Source: Gemmatimonadota bacterium (GTDB lineage Bacteria; Gemmatimonadota; Gemmatimonadetes; Gemmatimonadales; GWC2-71-9). From it: a stretch of DNA of 44,427 nucleotides. Every line of letters starts with the position of its first letter. Positions within the stretch are counted from its first letter, which is position 1. The stretch covers positions 1-44,427 of the forward strand of contig QHUR01000033.1 of NCBI GenBank assembly GCA_003221995.1, read 5' to 3'. Below are positions 1-9,185 of this stretch, one piece after another. The translations under genes were made by a program, and so were the position numbers. Under the pieces are notes generated by a model, which was not told the DNA's origin, searched no databases, and was given only the letters and a program-made list of their open reading frames with translations.

Positions 1-1
1 T

Positions 2-994
2 GTGGGGAGCCTCGCGGCAGCGCTCGAGCGCGACCCGGAGCTCGCCCGCCAGCATTTGGCGCGCTATGCGCCCTATCAGGCGAGCCCGTTCGCCGCCCTG
101 AACACGGCGTTCCTGTGCGACGGCGCGTTCGTGTACGTGCCCGCGGGCGTGGAGCTCGAGGGGGCGATCGAGCTCGTGTTCGTGGCGACGGCGGGCGCCG
201 GCCCGACCGTGTCGCACCCGAGGAGCCTGGTGGTCCTGGAGCGCGGGGCGCAGGCCACGGTGGTCGAAAGCTACGTGGCGCTCGCGGACGGCCTGTACTG
301 GACTAACGCCGTGACCGAGGTGGTGGTCGGCGATGGGGCGCGACTCGAGCACTACCGGCTGCAACGCGAGAGCCGACAGGCCTATCAGGTCGCCACCACG
401 CATGCGACACAGGGCCGGGACAGCGTGCTGCGCCTCCACCCGATCGCCTTGGGCGGGGGGCTCGCCCGCCACGATGTGCACACGGTGCTCGCGGGGAGCG
501 GCGCGGAGCTGATCCTGAACGGCTTCTACCTGCTGCACGGCAGCCAGCACTCGGACCATCACACGGTCATCGATCACGCGCAGCCGCACTGCGCGAGCCA
601 CGAGTTCTTCAACGGGATCGTGGGTGAGCAGGGCCATGGAGTGTTCAACGGCCGGATCATCGTGCGGCCCGGCGCCCAGCGGACGGATTCGAAGCAAACC
701 AACAACAACCTCCTGCTCTCGACCGCGGCCCGCGCGGACAGCCAGCCGCAGCTCGAGATCTATGCCGACGACGTCAAGTGCACGCACGGCTCGACCGTGG
801 GCCCGCTCGACCAGACGGCGCTGTATTACCTGCGAAGCCGTGGCCTCTCGCCGGAGACCGCCGCGGGAATGCTGACCTACGGCTTCGCCGCCGAGATCCT
901 CGGGCGGATGGCGCACACGGAGCTGCGGGAGGAGCTCGACCGCGTGGTACGGGCCCGGCTGGCCGACCGCTCGCGGGGGGGACGGAGGGCGTAA
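2..994 (+). CDS. sufD: Fe-S cluster assembly protein SufD (5'-truncated by window edge)
   Basis: SufBD beta-helix motifs (GVFNGRIIV, QPQLEIYADDVKCTHGSTVG, YYLRSRG); directly upstream of sufS. Confidence 0.95.
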   Translation: MGSLAAALERDPELARQHLARYAPYQASPFAALNTAFLCDGAFVYVPAGVELEGAIELVFVATAGAGPTVSHPRSLVVLERGAQATVVESYVALADGLYWTNAVTEVVVGDGARLEHYRLQRESRQAYQVATTHATQGRDSVLRLHPIALGGGLARHDVHTVLAGSGAELILNGFYLLHGSQHSDHHTVIDHAQPHCASHEFFNGIVGEQGHGVFNGRIIVRPGAQRTDSKQTNNNLLLSTAARADSQPQLEIYADDVKCTHGSTVGPLDQTALYYLRSRGLSPETAAGMLTYGFAAEILGRMAHTELREELDRVVRARLADRSRGGRRA

Positions 995-2223
995 TGCTCG
1001 ACGCCGCCCGCTTGCGCGCCGACTTCCCGCTGCTCCAGCGGCAGGAGCACGGACGGCGTCTCGTCTACCTCGACAACGCGGCCACGACACAGAAGCCGCA
1101 GGCAGTGCTCGACGCGATCCTCGATTACTATCGCACCACGAACGCGAACGTCCACCGCGGGGCGTACGGTCTCGCGATCCGTGCGACCGAGGCCTACGAA
1201 GCGGCGCGCGAGCGGGTCGCGCGATTCCTGAACGCCTGGGCACCGGAAGGCGTCGTGTTCACGCGCGGTACCACGGAGGCGATCAATCTGGTTGCCGGCG
1301 CGTACGGGCGGGCGAACCTGCGGCAGGGCGACATGGTCGTGGTTACGGCGATGGACCACCACTCGAACCTCGTGCCCTGGCAGATCCTCTGCCAGGAGAA
1401 GGGCGCCGTGCTGCGGATGGTGGAGATCACCGAGGACGGGCGCATCGATCTCTCCGACTACGGGCAGGCCCTGGAGCGGCGGCCGAAGATCGTGGCCTTC
1501 CCGTACGTGTCGAACTCGCTCGGGACCGTGAACCCTGCGGGCCAGCTGATCCGGCTCGCGCACGCGGTGGGGGCGGTTGTGGTGGTGGATGGCGCACAGT
1601 CCACGCCGCACCTCAGGGTGGACGTGCAGGCGCTCGACTGCGACTTCTACGCCTGCTCGGGCCACAAGATGCTCGGGCCGATGGGATCGGGCGCACTCGT
1701 CGCCAAACCGGCGCTGCTCGAGGCGATGCCGCCCTATCACGGTGGCGGTGAGATGATCTCCAAGGTCTGGGACGATCACTCCACGTACAACAAAATCCCG
1801 CACAAGTTCGAGGCCGGGACGCCGAACGTGGAAGGCGCCGTCGGGCTCGCGGCCGCGATCGACTACCTGGAGCGGATCGGGCTGGAGCAGATCGCCGAGC
1901 ACGAGCAGGCGCTCGCCAAGGCGGCGATCGAGCGGCTCTCCCAGATCGACGGCGTCGTCGTGTACGGCCCACGCGGCCACCGGGCGGGCGTCGTCTCCTT
2001 CACGTACGGCGATGTCCATCCGCACGACATCGCCACCATTCTCGACCAGGACGGGATCTGCATTCGCGCCGGCCACCACTGCACCCAGCCGCTGATGCGC
2101 CGCCTGAACGTCGCGGCCACGGCGCGCGCCTCCTTCTATCTCTACAACAGCCTCGAGGAGGTGGAGGCTCTCGCGACGTCGCTCGTCAAGGCCGGAGCGC
2201 TGTTTGGATACGTCCCCGCCTGA
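994..2223 (+). CDS. sufS: Cysteine desulfurase SufS
   Basis: YLDNAATTQKP, SGHKMLGP (PLP lysine), RAGHHCTQP (catalytic Cys). ATG at 994 overlaps the sufD TAA; the ORF-track start at 778 is too far upstream. Confidence 0.96.
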   Translation: MLDAARLRADFPLLQRQEHGRRLVYLDNAATTQKPQAVLDAILDYYRTTNANVHRGAYGLAIRATEAYEAARERVARFLNAWAPEGVVFTRGTTEAINLVAGAYGRANLRQGDMVVVTAMDHHSNLVPWQILCQEKGAVLRMVEITEDGRIDLSDYGQALERRPKIVAFPYVSNSLGTVNPAGQLIRLAHAVGAVVVVDGAQSTPHLRVDVQALDCDFYACSGHKMLGPMGSGALVAKPALLEAMPPYHGGGEMISKVWDDHSTYNKIPHKFEAGTPNVEGAVGLAAAIDYLERIGLEQIAEHEQALAKAAIERLSQIDGVVVYGPRGHRAGVVSFTYGDVHPHDIATILDQDGICIRAGHHCTQPLMRRLNVAATARASFYLYNSLEEVEALATSLVKAGALFGYVPA

Positions 2224-2653
2224 GCCCAGGCTCAGCGCCCTCTATCAGGAGCTGATCCTCGACCACTACCGGCGCCCCCGCAACAAGGGGATGCTCGAGC
2301 ACCCCACCCACGCCGTGTCGCTCAACAACCCGCTGTGCGGCGACGAGATCGACCTCCAGCTCTTGGTCCAGGACGCCGTGATCCGGGACGTGCGCTTCGT
2401 GGGCCGGGGCTGCTCCATCAGCCAGGCGTCGGCGTCGATGATGACACAACTGCTGAAGGAGAAGTCGGTGCCGCAGGCGCTCGTCCTCGCCGGGCGGATC
2501 AGCGCCATGATGCAGGGCGACGCGGCCGCCGCCACGGACAAGTCGCTCGGCGAGCTGCGGGCGCTGGCCGGGGTGTCCAAGTTCCCGGTGCGGATCAAGT
2601 GCGCCCTGCTTCCCTGGAACGCGCTGAGCGACGCCCTCAAGAGCTCCGCGTGA
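2204..2653 (+). CDS. sufU: SUF system NifU-family protein SufU
   Basis: LYQELILDHY, NPLCGD, GCSISQASAS, RIKCALLPW; follows sufS. Confidence 0.93.
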   Translation: MDTSPPEPRLSALYQELILDHYRRPRNKGMLEHPTHAVSLNNPLCGDEIDLQLLVQDAVIRDVRFVGRGCSISQASASMMTQLLKEKSVPQALVLAGRISAMMQGDAAAATDKSLGELRALAGVSKFPVRIKCALLPWNALSDALKSSA

Positions 2654-3615
2654 GCTCCCCGGTGCTCGCGCTCGACCGGGTCACCAAGCGGTTCGCCGGC
2701 CACACGGCCGTAGACGGTCTGTCCCTCTCCGTGCCGCGCGGCGTCATCTACGGGCTGCTCGGCCCGAACGGCGCCGGCAAGACGACTACCATCCGGATGA
2801 TCATGGACATCATCGAGCCCGACGAGGGATCGGTGCGGCTGTTCGGCGAGCCGGGCACGGGCCGGGACCACTCGGCGCGCATTGGGTACCTGCCCGAGGA
2901 GCGGGGGCTGTACCGCAGAATGCGCGTGCTCGACTTGGTTGTGTTCCTCGCCGAGATGAAGGGCGTGGAGCGGCGGCGGGCACGGGCGCGCGCCGCGCTC
3001 TGGCTCGAACGGCTGGGCCTCGAAGCGTGGCGCCTGCGTCGCGTGGACGAGCTCTCGAAGGGCATGCAGCAGAAGGTGCAGTTCGTCTCGACCATCCTGC
3101 ACGAGCCCGAGCTCCTCGTGCTGGACGAGCCTTTCGCCGGGCTCGATCCCGTCAATACGCAGGTCCTGAAGGATGCGGTGGTGGAGCTGCGGCGCGATGG
3201 TGTCACGATCCTGTTTTCGACGCACATCATGGAGCAGGCGGAGAAACTGTGCGACCAGCTGTGCATCATCGCTCGCGGCAGGAAACTGGTGGACGGAGCG
3301 CTCGCCGACATCAAGCGGACACAAACAGGACACCATCTCGTCATCGGGTTTGACGGCGCTCCCGGGGCGGCAGCCCAACTGTTTGCAGACGAGCGGGTTG
3401 TGAAGAAGGTGGACGATTATGGCCAGTATGCCGAGCTCGAGCTCGCACCGGGCGCCGACGCGCAGCGTCTGCTGGCGGCCCTGGTGAACTCGGGGGCGCG
3501 GCTGGCGCGGTTCGAGCTCAGCGAGCCGTCGCTGAACAAGATCTTCCTCGACCTCGTGGGGCCGGAAGCGGCGACGCCCGCAGCGCGGCCCCACCCGGGA
3601 GGGGCTCGTGCGTAA
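2650..3615 (+). CDS. ABC transporter ATP-binding protein (ABC-2/NatA-YhaQ-like)
   Basis: Walker A GPNGAGKTT, signature LSKGMQQK, Walker B LLVLDEP; GTG at 2650 overlaps the sufU stop (GTGA). Confidence 0.92.
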   Translation: MSSPVLALDRVTKRFAGHTAVDGLSLSVPRGVIYGLLGPNGAGKTTTIRMIMDIIEPDEGSVRLFGEPGTGRDHSARIGYLPEERGLYRRMRVLDLVVFLAEMKGVERRRARARAALWLERLGLEAWRLRRVDELSKGMQQKVQFVSTILHEPELLVLDEPFAGLDPVNTQVLKDAVVELRRDGVTILFSTHIMEQAEKLCDQLCIIARGRKLVDGALADIKRTQTGHHLVIGFDGAPGAAAQLFADERVVKKVDDYGQYAELELAPGADAQRLLAALVNSGARLARFELSEPSLNKIFLDLVGPEAATPAARPHPGGARA

Positions 3616-4867
3616 GATCTGGGCCGTGATCCGGCGGGAGTTCGTGGAGCGGATTCGGAGCAAGTGGTTCTGGATTTCCGCGCTGCTCGGCCCCGTGTTT
3701 TTCGGCGCGATGATCGTCGTGCCGGTGCTGTTCGCGGGAGCCGGCGGCACGCGGCGGATCGCCGTGGTGGACGGGACCACGGGGGCGTTCGGGGCGCGGG
3801 TCGTCGCAGGCCTCCGCGGCGGCAAGATCTTTCGCGCGACCCGCGTGCCTGCGGGCGTGGGCGTGGTGGACTCGCTCACCCAGCTCGTGGGCGCGAAGCA
3901 GCTCGACGGTTTTCTCATCGTGACCGACGCGGTGGTCGAGACCGGCACAGCCGAGTACCGAGCGTCCAACGTGTCGTCGTTCCGCGACGTCGCGGAGCTG
4001 CAGGACGTGCTCGCCCGGGTCGCGGTAGCCGCGCGTCTCGAGCGCCAGGGGGTCGACCCCGCCGTGGTAGGGCGCGCCCAGCTCCGGATCAGCCTCGACA
4101 CGAAGAAGATCTCCGGCTCGAGAACGACGGGCGAGAGCGCCGCCCAGTCGTTCGCGCTTGCCTACGTCATGGGGGTTGTGCTCTTTCTGGTCATCACGAT
4201 TTACGGCGTGAACGTGATGAGCTCGGTGGTCGAGGAGAAGACGACCCGCATCGTCGAGGTGCTGGTGTCGTCGCTGCGACCGTTCCAGTTGATGATCGGG
4301 AAGGTGCTGGGAGTGGGAGCGGTGTCGATCTTCCAGTTCGTGCTGTGGGGACTCGGCGCGAAGCTGCTCCTATCGCAGCGCCAGGCGCTGCTCGCAGGTG
4401 TGGGCGGGGCGGAGGAGGCGCGCCAGGTGTTCCAGATGCCCCACCTCTCCGCCGCCACGCTGGGCGTGTTCCTTGGCTACTTCTTGGGTGGGTTCTTCCT
4501 CTATTCGGCGATGTACGCCGCCGTGGGCGCGATGTCCTCCAACGAGCAGGAGGCGCGCCAGGCGCAGCAGCCGGTCATGTTCCTGTTGATGATCGCCTAC
4601 GTCTCCATGTTCGGGCTCACGAACAACCCGGAGTCGACCTACGCGGTGACGCTGTCGCTGATTCCGTTCACCGCGCCGATCGCGATGCCGGTGCGCTGGG
4701 CGGCGAGCACGGTGCCAGCGGCCGAGCTGGTGGGTTCGCTCGGGCTGCTGGTGGCGGGCATCGTCGCAGTGACTTGGGTGGCGGCGCGGATTTATCGGGT
4801 CGGCATACTCATGACGGGGAAGCGGCCGAACGTTAGGGAGCTGGTCAGATGGGTTCGAGCCGGCTAG
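3608..4867 (+). CDS. ABC-2 transporter permease (NatB/YhaP-like)
   Basis: N-terminal TM helix, extracytoplasmic loop, VVEEKTTRIVEVL motif, several C-terminal TM helices; coupled to the ATPase gene. Confidence 0.9.
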   Translation: MRKIWAVIRREFVERIRSKWFWISALLGPVFFGAMIVVPVLFAGAGGTRRIAVVDGTTGAFGARVVAGLRGGKIFRATRVPAGVGVVDSLTQLVGAKQLDGFLIVTDAVVETGTAEYRASNVSSFRDVAELQDVLARVAVAARLERQGVDPAVVGRAQLRISLDTKKISGSRTTGESAAQSFALAYVMGVVLFLVITIYGVNVMSSVVEEKTTRIVEVLVSSLRPFQLMIGKVLGVGAVSIFQFVLWGLGAKLLLSQRQALLAGVGGAEEARQVFQMPHLSAATLGVFLGYFLGGFFLYSAMYAAVGAMSSNEQEARQAQQPVMFLLMIAYVSMFGLTNNPESTYAVTLSLIPFTAPIAMPVRWAASTVPAAELVGSLGLLVAGIVAVTWVAARIYRVGILMTGKRPNVRELVRWVRAG

Positions 4868-4875
4868 ACGGCGAG

Positions 4876-4933
4876 GGAGACGCGGAGACGCCGAGGAAGA
4901 CGCCAAGGTGCCGAGACGCTGAGTAGATGTGAG
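4876..4933. repeat. Left arm of nested inverted repeat (GAGACGC-rich) flanking the four-helix-bundle gene
   Basis: 4910-4933 GCCGAGACGCTGAGTAGATGTGAG is the reverse complement of 5398-5421 (23/24); 4884-4895 pairs with 5424-5435 (12/12); 4876-4883 pairs with 5448-5455 (8/8). Confidence 0.9.
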
Positions 4934-5015
4934 ATGCAAGCAGAAGGCGTAGGAAGGGGACGGCGCGCGCACTTTGGATACCGCGTTGTTGGCGTCGCCG
5001 TACCAGCTTGAGCCA

Positions 5016-5393
5016 ATGGCGCACTACAAGACCCTCAAGGCTTGGCAACATGCGCAGCGCCTCGCCATCGAATGCGTGAAAGCCGCTCGCGCGTTCCCTG
5101 ATTATGAACAGCACGCACTAGCAGATCAGTTGCGACGTGCTTGTTACAGCGTCCCCTTAAACATCGCCGAAGGCAACACTCGGCAGGGCTCGCGCGAATA
5201 CCGGCGGTTCCTGGACACGGCTCGGGGCTCGCTTGCCGAGGTGGAGACGATTATCGAGATGGCCCGCGAGCTGGAGTACATGAGGCCCGCCGAGTTCGGG
5301 CGCCTGGAAGCCTTGGTCAACGAAACGGGCAAGACCCTGTATGGGTTGCTTCGGAAGGTGAGCGGGGCGGCTGTAAGAACTCCTGCTACCTAA
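5016..5393 (+). CDS. Four helix bundle protein (23S rRNA-IVP / Avd-like family)
   Basis: YKTLKAWQ...FPDYEQHALADQLRRACYSVPLNIAEG...FLDTARGSLAEVET matches the family pattern; ATG at 5016 preferred over TTG at 4974. Confidence 0.92.
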   Translation: MAHYKTLKAWQHAQRLAIECVKAARAFPDYEQHALADQLRRACYSVPLNIAEGNTRQGSREYRRFLDTARGSLAEVETIIEMARELEYMRPAEFGRLEALVNETGKTLYGLLRKVSGAAVRTPAT

Positions 5394-5397
5394 GCTC

Positions 5398-5455
5398 CTC
5401 ACATCCACTCAGCGTCTCGGCGGCTCGGCGTCTCCCTAGTAGTCGGGGCGTCTCC
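5398..5455. repeat. Right arm of nested inverted repeat (GCGTCTC-rich) flanking the four-helix-bundle gene
   Basis: CTCACATCCACTCAGCGTCTCGGC (5398-5421), CTCGGCGTCTCC (5424-5435) and GCGTCTCC (5448-5455) are complementary to the left arm. Confidence 0.9.
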
Positions 5456-5460
5456 TCCCC

Positions 5461-5466
5461 TATTAT
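5461..5466 (+). promoter_or_regulatory. Putative -10 box for a leaderless mnmG transcript
   Basis: TATTAT 6 nt before the ATG at 5473; no Shine-Dalgarno upstream. Confidence 0.5.
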
Positions 5467-5472
5467 TGGGCC

Positions 5473-7344
5473 ATGCCTTTCGACTATGACGTCCTCATCG
5501 TCGGTGCCGGCCACGCCGGCTCCGAAGCCGCCGTCATGTGCGCCCGGCTCGGCGCACGCGCACTGCTGATCACTTCCAACCTCGACACTATCGGTCAGAT
5601 GTCGTGCAATCCGGCGATCGGCGGGATCGCGAAGGGGACTGTCGTGCGCGAGATCGACGCGCTGGGCGGTCTCATGGGTCGTGCCAGCGATCGTGCGACG
5701 ATCCAATTCCGGATGCTCAACCGCTCCAAGGGCCCGGCGGTGTGGGCGCCGCGCGCGCAGTGCGACCGCACGCTGTACCGCCGCGCGGTGCGGCAACTGC
5801 TCGAGGGGTTCCGCGATCTCGAGCTGACCCAGGGAATGGTCGCGCGGCTGGTCGTCCACGGGGACCAAGTCGGGGGGGTCGAGACAACCGATGGGCGCCG
5901 CTTCACCGCGCGGGCGGTGATCATCACGGCGGGCACGTTCCTGCGGGGTCGGATTCACGTTGGGACCGATACGGCGATTCCGGCGGGCCGGGCGGGTGAC
6001 CAACCGGCCGTCGAGATTGCGCAACACATTGCGGCACTTGGGCTTACAGTGTCGCGCTTCAAAACTGGGACGCCGCCTCGCGTGGACGGGCGGACGGTCG
6101 ATTGGTCCAAGGTGGAGCGACAGGACGGCGACGAGGATGAGTACCGCTTCTCGTTCTACGAACGGGTGGAGCGACCGCAGCAGTTGCCGTGCTGGATCAC
6201 GTGGGCCGGCCCTGCTGTAAAGGCGATCATCGAGCGGCACCTTAAGGAATCGGCGCTGTACGGTGGGGCGATCAGCGGGCGGGGTCCGCGCTACTGCCCG
6301 TCGGTCGAGGACAAGGTGGTGAAATTCCCGGACGCGAAGCGCCACCAGGTGTTCCTTGAGCCTGAAGGGCTGGATACGGCGGAGCTGTACGTGAACGGGC
6401 TGTCCACTTCCCTGCCCGTCCAGGTGCAGGTGGAGTTCGTGCACGCCGTGCCCGGGCTGGAGCGAGCGAAGCTGACGCGGCCGGGCTACGCGATCGAATA
6501 CGACTACTATCCCCCGACTCAGCTGACCCCGTGGCTCGAAACCAAGGCGATCGAGCACCTGTGGTTCGCCGGGCAGATCAACGGGACGACGGGCTACGAG
6601 GAGGCAGCGGGACAGGGAGTGGTCGCGGGAATCAACGCAGTGCGGCGCATCCGGGGGCACGAGCCGGTGGTACTGGGGCGGGACGACGCCTACATCGGGG
6701 TGCTCGTGGACGACCTGGTGACGCGGGGCGTGGACGAGCCGTATCGATTGTTCACGTCCCGCTCGGAGTTCCGGCTCCTGCTGCGCCAGGACAACGCGCT
6801 TCGGCGGCTGCTGCCCCTTGCGGAGACCCTGGGCTTGCTCACAGCGAGCGAGCTGCGTGTGGCGGAGCGGCGGCTCGGCGAGGAGGAGGAGGTGCTGGCG
6901 GCCGCGCGCGAGACGACGATCACCCCCGCACAGGCGGCGGGCGCGCTCGCGGCGACGGGAACGAAGCTGGTAGAGCCGGAGCGTGTGGCGTCCGTGGTGA
7001 AGCGACCGGGTGCATCGTTGGGGCAACTGCTCGCGGCGGCGGGGGCGGTACAGCAGGTGGAAGGCGACGTGGTGAGGTCGGCGGAGATCGAGCTCAAGTA
7101 CGAGGGGTATCTCGCGCGCGAGCGGGAGGCAGCGCGGCGCCTGGCGGAGCTTGCGTCGTTCGCGCTGCCGGGGGACCTGCCCTACCTCGAGCTGGCGAGT
7201 CTCGCGACGGAGGCGCGGCAGAAGCTCGACGTCGTACGCCCGACCTCACTGGCGCAGGCGGCGCGGATTCCGGGTGTGTCGCCGAGCGATCTGCACAATC
7301 TCGTGGTGGAGGCGACGCGCTGGCGGCGCCGGGAAGTGGCCTAA
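5473..7344 (+). CDS. mnmG: tRNA uridine-5-carboxymethylaminomethyl(34) synthesis enzyme MnmG (GidA)
   Basis: VGAGHAGSEAA, MSCNPAIGG, GPRYCPSVEDK, AGQINGTTGYEEAAGQG, PYRLFTSRSEFRL. Confidence 0.98.
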   Translation: MPFDYDVLIVGAGHAGSEAAVMCARLGARALLITSNLDTIGQMSCNPAIGGIAKGTVVREIDALGGLMGRASDRATIQFRMLNRSKGPAVWAPRAQCDRTLYRRAVRQLLEGFRDLELTQGMVARLVVHGDQVGGVETTDGRRFTARAVIITAGTFLRGRIHVGTDTAIPAGRAGDQPAVEIAQHIAALGLTVSRFKTGTPPRVDGRTVDWSKVERQDGDEDEYRFSFYERVERPQQLPCWITWAGPAVKAIIERHLKESALYGGAISGRGPRYCPSVEDKVVKFPDAKRHQVFLEPEGLDTAELYVNGLSTSLPVQVQVEFVHAVPGLERAKLTRPGYAIEYDYYPPTQLTPWLETKAIEHLWFAGQINGTTGYEEAAGQGVVAGINAVRRIRGHEPVVLGRDDAYIGVLVDDLVTRGVDEPYRLFTSRSEFRLLLRQDNALRRLLPLAETLGLLTASELRVAERRLGEEEEVLAAARETTITPAQAAGALAATGTKLVEPERVASVVKRPGASLGQLLAAAGAVQQVEGDVVRSAEIELKYEGYLAREREAARRLAELASFALPGDLPYLELASLATEARQKLDVVRPTSLAQAARIPGVSPSDLHNLVVEATRWRRREVA

Positions 7345-7347
7345 CGG

Positions 7348-7363
7348 TGTTTCACGTGAAACT
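7348..7363. promoter_or_regulatory. parS: parS site 1 (ParB-binding centromere-like palindrome)
   Basis: tGTTTCACGTGAAACt has a perfect 14-bp palindromic core of the chromosomal parS consensus and lies next to parAB. Confidence 0.95.
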
Positions 7364-7371
7364 GCCGCCCT

Positions 7372-7387
7372 CGTTTCACGTGAAACC
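7372..7387. promoter_or_regulatory. parS: parS site 2
   Basis: cGTTTCACGTGAAACc, identical core, starting 24 bp after site 1. Confidence 0.95.
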
Positions 7388-7479
7388 CACCGCTTTCCTT
7401 CCCCCATCCCTTACGCTATATTTGTGGGCCACTTAGCGAGTTGTCACGTAACATATTGTCCAATAACGAGTTCCAGGCC

Positions 7480-8301
7480 ATGTCTCGCGTCGTCGCGATC
7501 GCCAATCAGAAGGGTGGGGTCGGCAAGACTACCACCGCGGTGAACCTCGCCGCCTCCCTCGCGGCGGCGGAGCGCAAGACGCTCCTGATTGACGGGGACC
7601 CACAGGCCAACTCCACGAGCGGCGTCGGCATCGAGCGCGATCGCATCCGGCACTCCCTCTACGACGCGCTGCTCGACGGTCGCCCGCTCTCGGGCACGCG
7701 CTTCCCGCACGTGCACTTCCCGTTCCTGGATCTCGTGCCGGCCACCCAGGACCTCGTGGGAGCCGAGCTGGAGCTCGTCAACGTATCCGCGCGCGAATCC
7801 CGCATGCGGCGGGCCCTGGACGACGTGCGGGAGGACTACCACTACGTGATCATCGACTGTCCCCCGTCCCTCGGCCTCATCACGCTCAACATGCTCGCCG
7901 CAGCGGATAGCGTCGTGATCCCGATTCAGTGCGAGTACTACGCGTTGGAGGGACTCTCCCAGCTCCTCAACACCATCAAGCTCGTGCAGCGGAACTTCAA
8001 CCCCGCGCTCGCCATCGACGGCGTGCTGCTGACGATGTTCGACGCGCGGCTCAACCTCTGCAGGCAGGTGGCTGAGGAGGCGAAGGAGTACTTCGGGCCG
8101 AAGATGTTCGACATCACCGTGCCTCGGAACGTCCGCCTGGCGGAGGCGCCGAGCTTCGGAAAGCCGATCCTCTTATATGACGTGCAGTCCGTCGGAGCCA
8201 AGAGTTATCTCGCGCTGGCCCAGGAGCTGATCCACCGGGTGGAGCGCGCACCGTCCCCTGCCCCGCCTGCTGCTGAACCGCTGCCGGAGGTGCCTGCATG
8301 A
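7480..8301 (+). CDS. parA: Chromosome partitioning ATPase ParA (Soj)
   Basis: NQKGGVGKTTT deviant Walker A, IDCPPSLG, PIQCEYYALEG, PRNVRLAEAPSFG; ATG at 7480. Confidence 0.97.
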   Translation: MSRVVAIANQKGGVGKTTTAVNLAASLAAAERKTLLIDGDPQANSTSGVGIERDRIRHSLYDALLDGRPLSGTRFPHVHFPFLDLVPATQDLVGAELELVNVSARESRMRRALDDVREDYHYVIIDCPPSLGLITLNMLAAADSVVIPIQCEYYALEGLSQLLNTIKLVQRNFNPALAIDGVLLTMFDARLNLCRQVAEEAKEYFGPKMFDITVPRNVRLAEAPSFGKPILLYDVQSVGAKSYLALAQELIHRVERAPSPAPPAAEPLPEVPA

Positions 8302-9185
8302 CAGAGACCGCGCTAGGACGCCGTCGCCTCGGCCGGGGGCTCGAGGCGCTGCTCGGCCCCACCCGGGAGGAGGCCGAGCGAGAGGGAAGTCTCGTGGAAT
8401 TGCCCGTGCGGGAGATCCGCCCCAACCCATTCCAGCCGCGGCAGGATGTGGATGCGGCCTCGCTCGAGGAGCTGAAGTCTTCGATCCAGCAGGCGGGGCT
8501 ACTGCAGCCCGTGGTGGTGCGAACGGCGGCGAGCGGCGGCTACGAGCTGATCGCGGGCGAGCGGCGCCTGCGCGCCTGCCAGGCGCTCGGCTGGGAGCGC
8601 GTCCCGGCGGTGAAACGCGAAGTGGACGACCGCACCGTGCTGACGCTCGCCCTCATCGAGAACCTACAGCGCGACGACCTCTCCCCCGTCGACGAAGCCC
8701 GCGGCTACGACCGCCTCATCGCGGAGTTCAGCCTCACGCAGCAGGACGTGGCGGACGCCGTGGGGCGCGATCGCTCCACTGTCGCCAACGCGCTCCGGCT
8801 CCTGAAGCTGCCTGAGGCGGTGCTGGCGATGCTCCATGGCGGCGACCTCACCGTGGGCCATGCGCGCGCGCTCCTCGCCATCGAGGATCCCCGCACGGCG
8901 ACCACGCTCGCGCGGGAGGCGGTTGCGCAGGGGCTCTCGGTGCGCGAGATCGAGGACCGCGTGCGCGGGGGGCGCGCACCGGAGCGGCGCCCGCGCCTCA
9001 AGCGAGGAGTGGGACAGGCGCCCGAGGTGCGGCGCATCGAAGAGGCGCTGCGCCGCGAGCTGGGCACCGACGTACGGGTGACGCTGCGCGCGAAGGGGAA
9101 GGGGCAGATCCACGTCGCGTTCTACTCGAACGAGGACCTCGCGCGCTTGCTCGAGGTCTTCCTCGGAGCTCCGTTCGACGGATGA
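8298..9185 (+). CDS. parB: Chromosome partitioning protein ParB (Spo0J)
   Basis: LGRGLEAL, PNPFQPR, IAGERRLRA, ENLQRDDL, HTH (TQQDVADAVGRDRSTVAN). Confidence 0.97.
   Translation: MTETALGRRRLGRGLEALLGPTREEAEREGSLVELPVREIRPNPFQPRQDVDAASLEELKSSIQQAGLLQPVVVRTAASGGYELIAGERRLRACQALGWERVPAVKREVDDRTVLTLALIENLQRDDLSPVDEARGYDRLIAEFSLTQQDVADAVGRDRSTVANALRLLKLPEAVLAMLHGGDLTVGHARALLAIEDPRTATTLAREAVAQGLSVREIEDRVRGGRAPERRPRLKRGVGQAPEVRRIEEALRRELGTDVRVTLRAKGKGQIHVAFYSNEDLARLLEVFLGAPFDG

Noticed and set aside
2650-4867. ABC ATPase as SufC
   Set aside because: It has an ABC-2 exporter signature (LSKGMQQK) and its own permease; the coupling to sufU looks positional.
4868-5460. 23S rRNA intervening sequence or diversity-generating retroelement
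   Set aside because: No rRNA sequence flanks the gene, and the window has no reverse transcriptase or recognisable TR/VR repeat pair.
7348-7387. Direct repeat as a mini-CRISPR
   Set aside because: Only two 14-bp palindromes 10 bp apart, matching parS; no cas genes.
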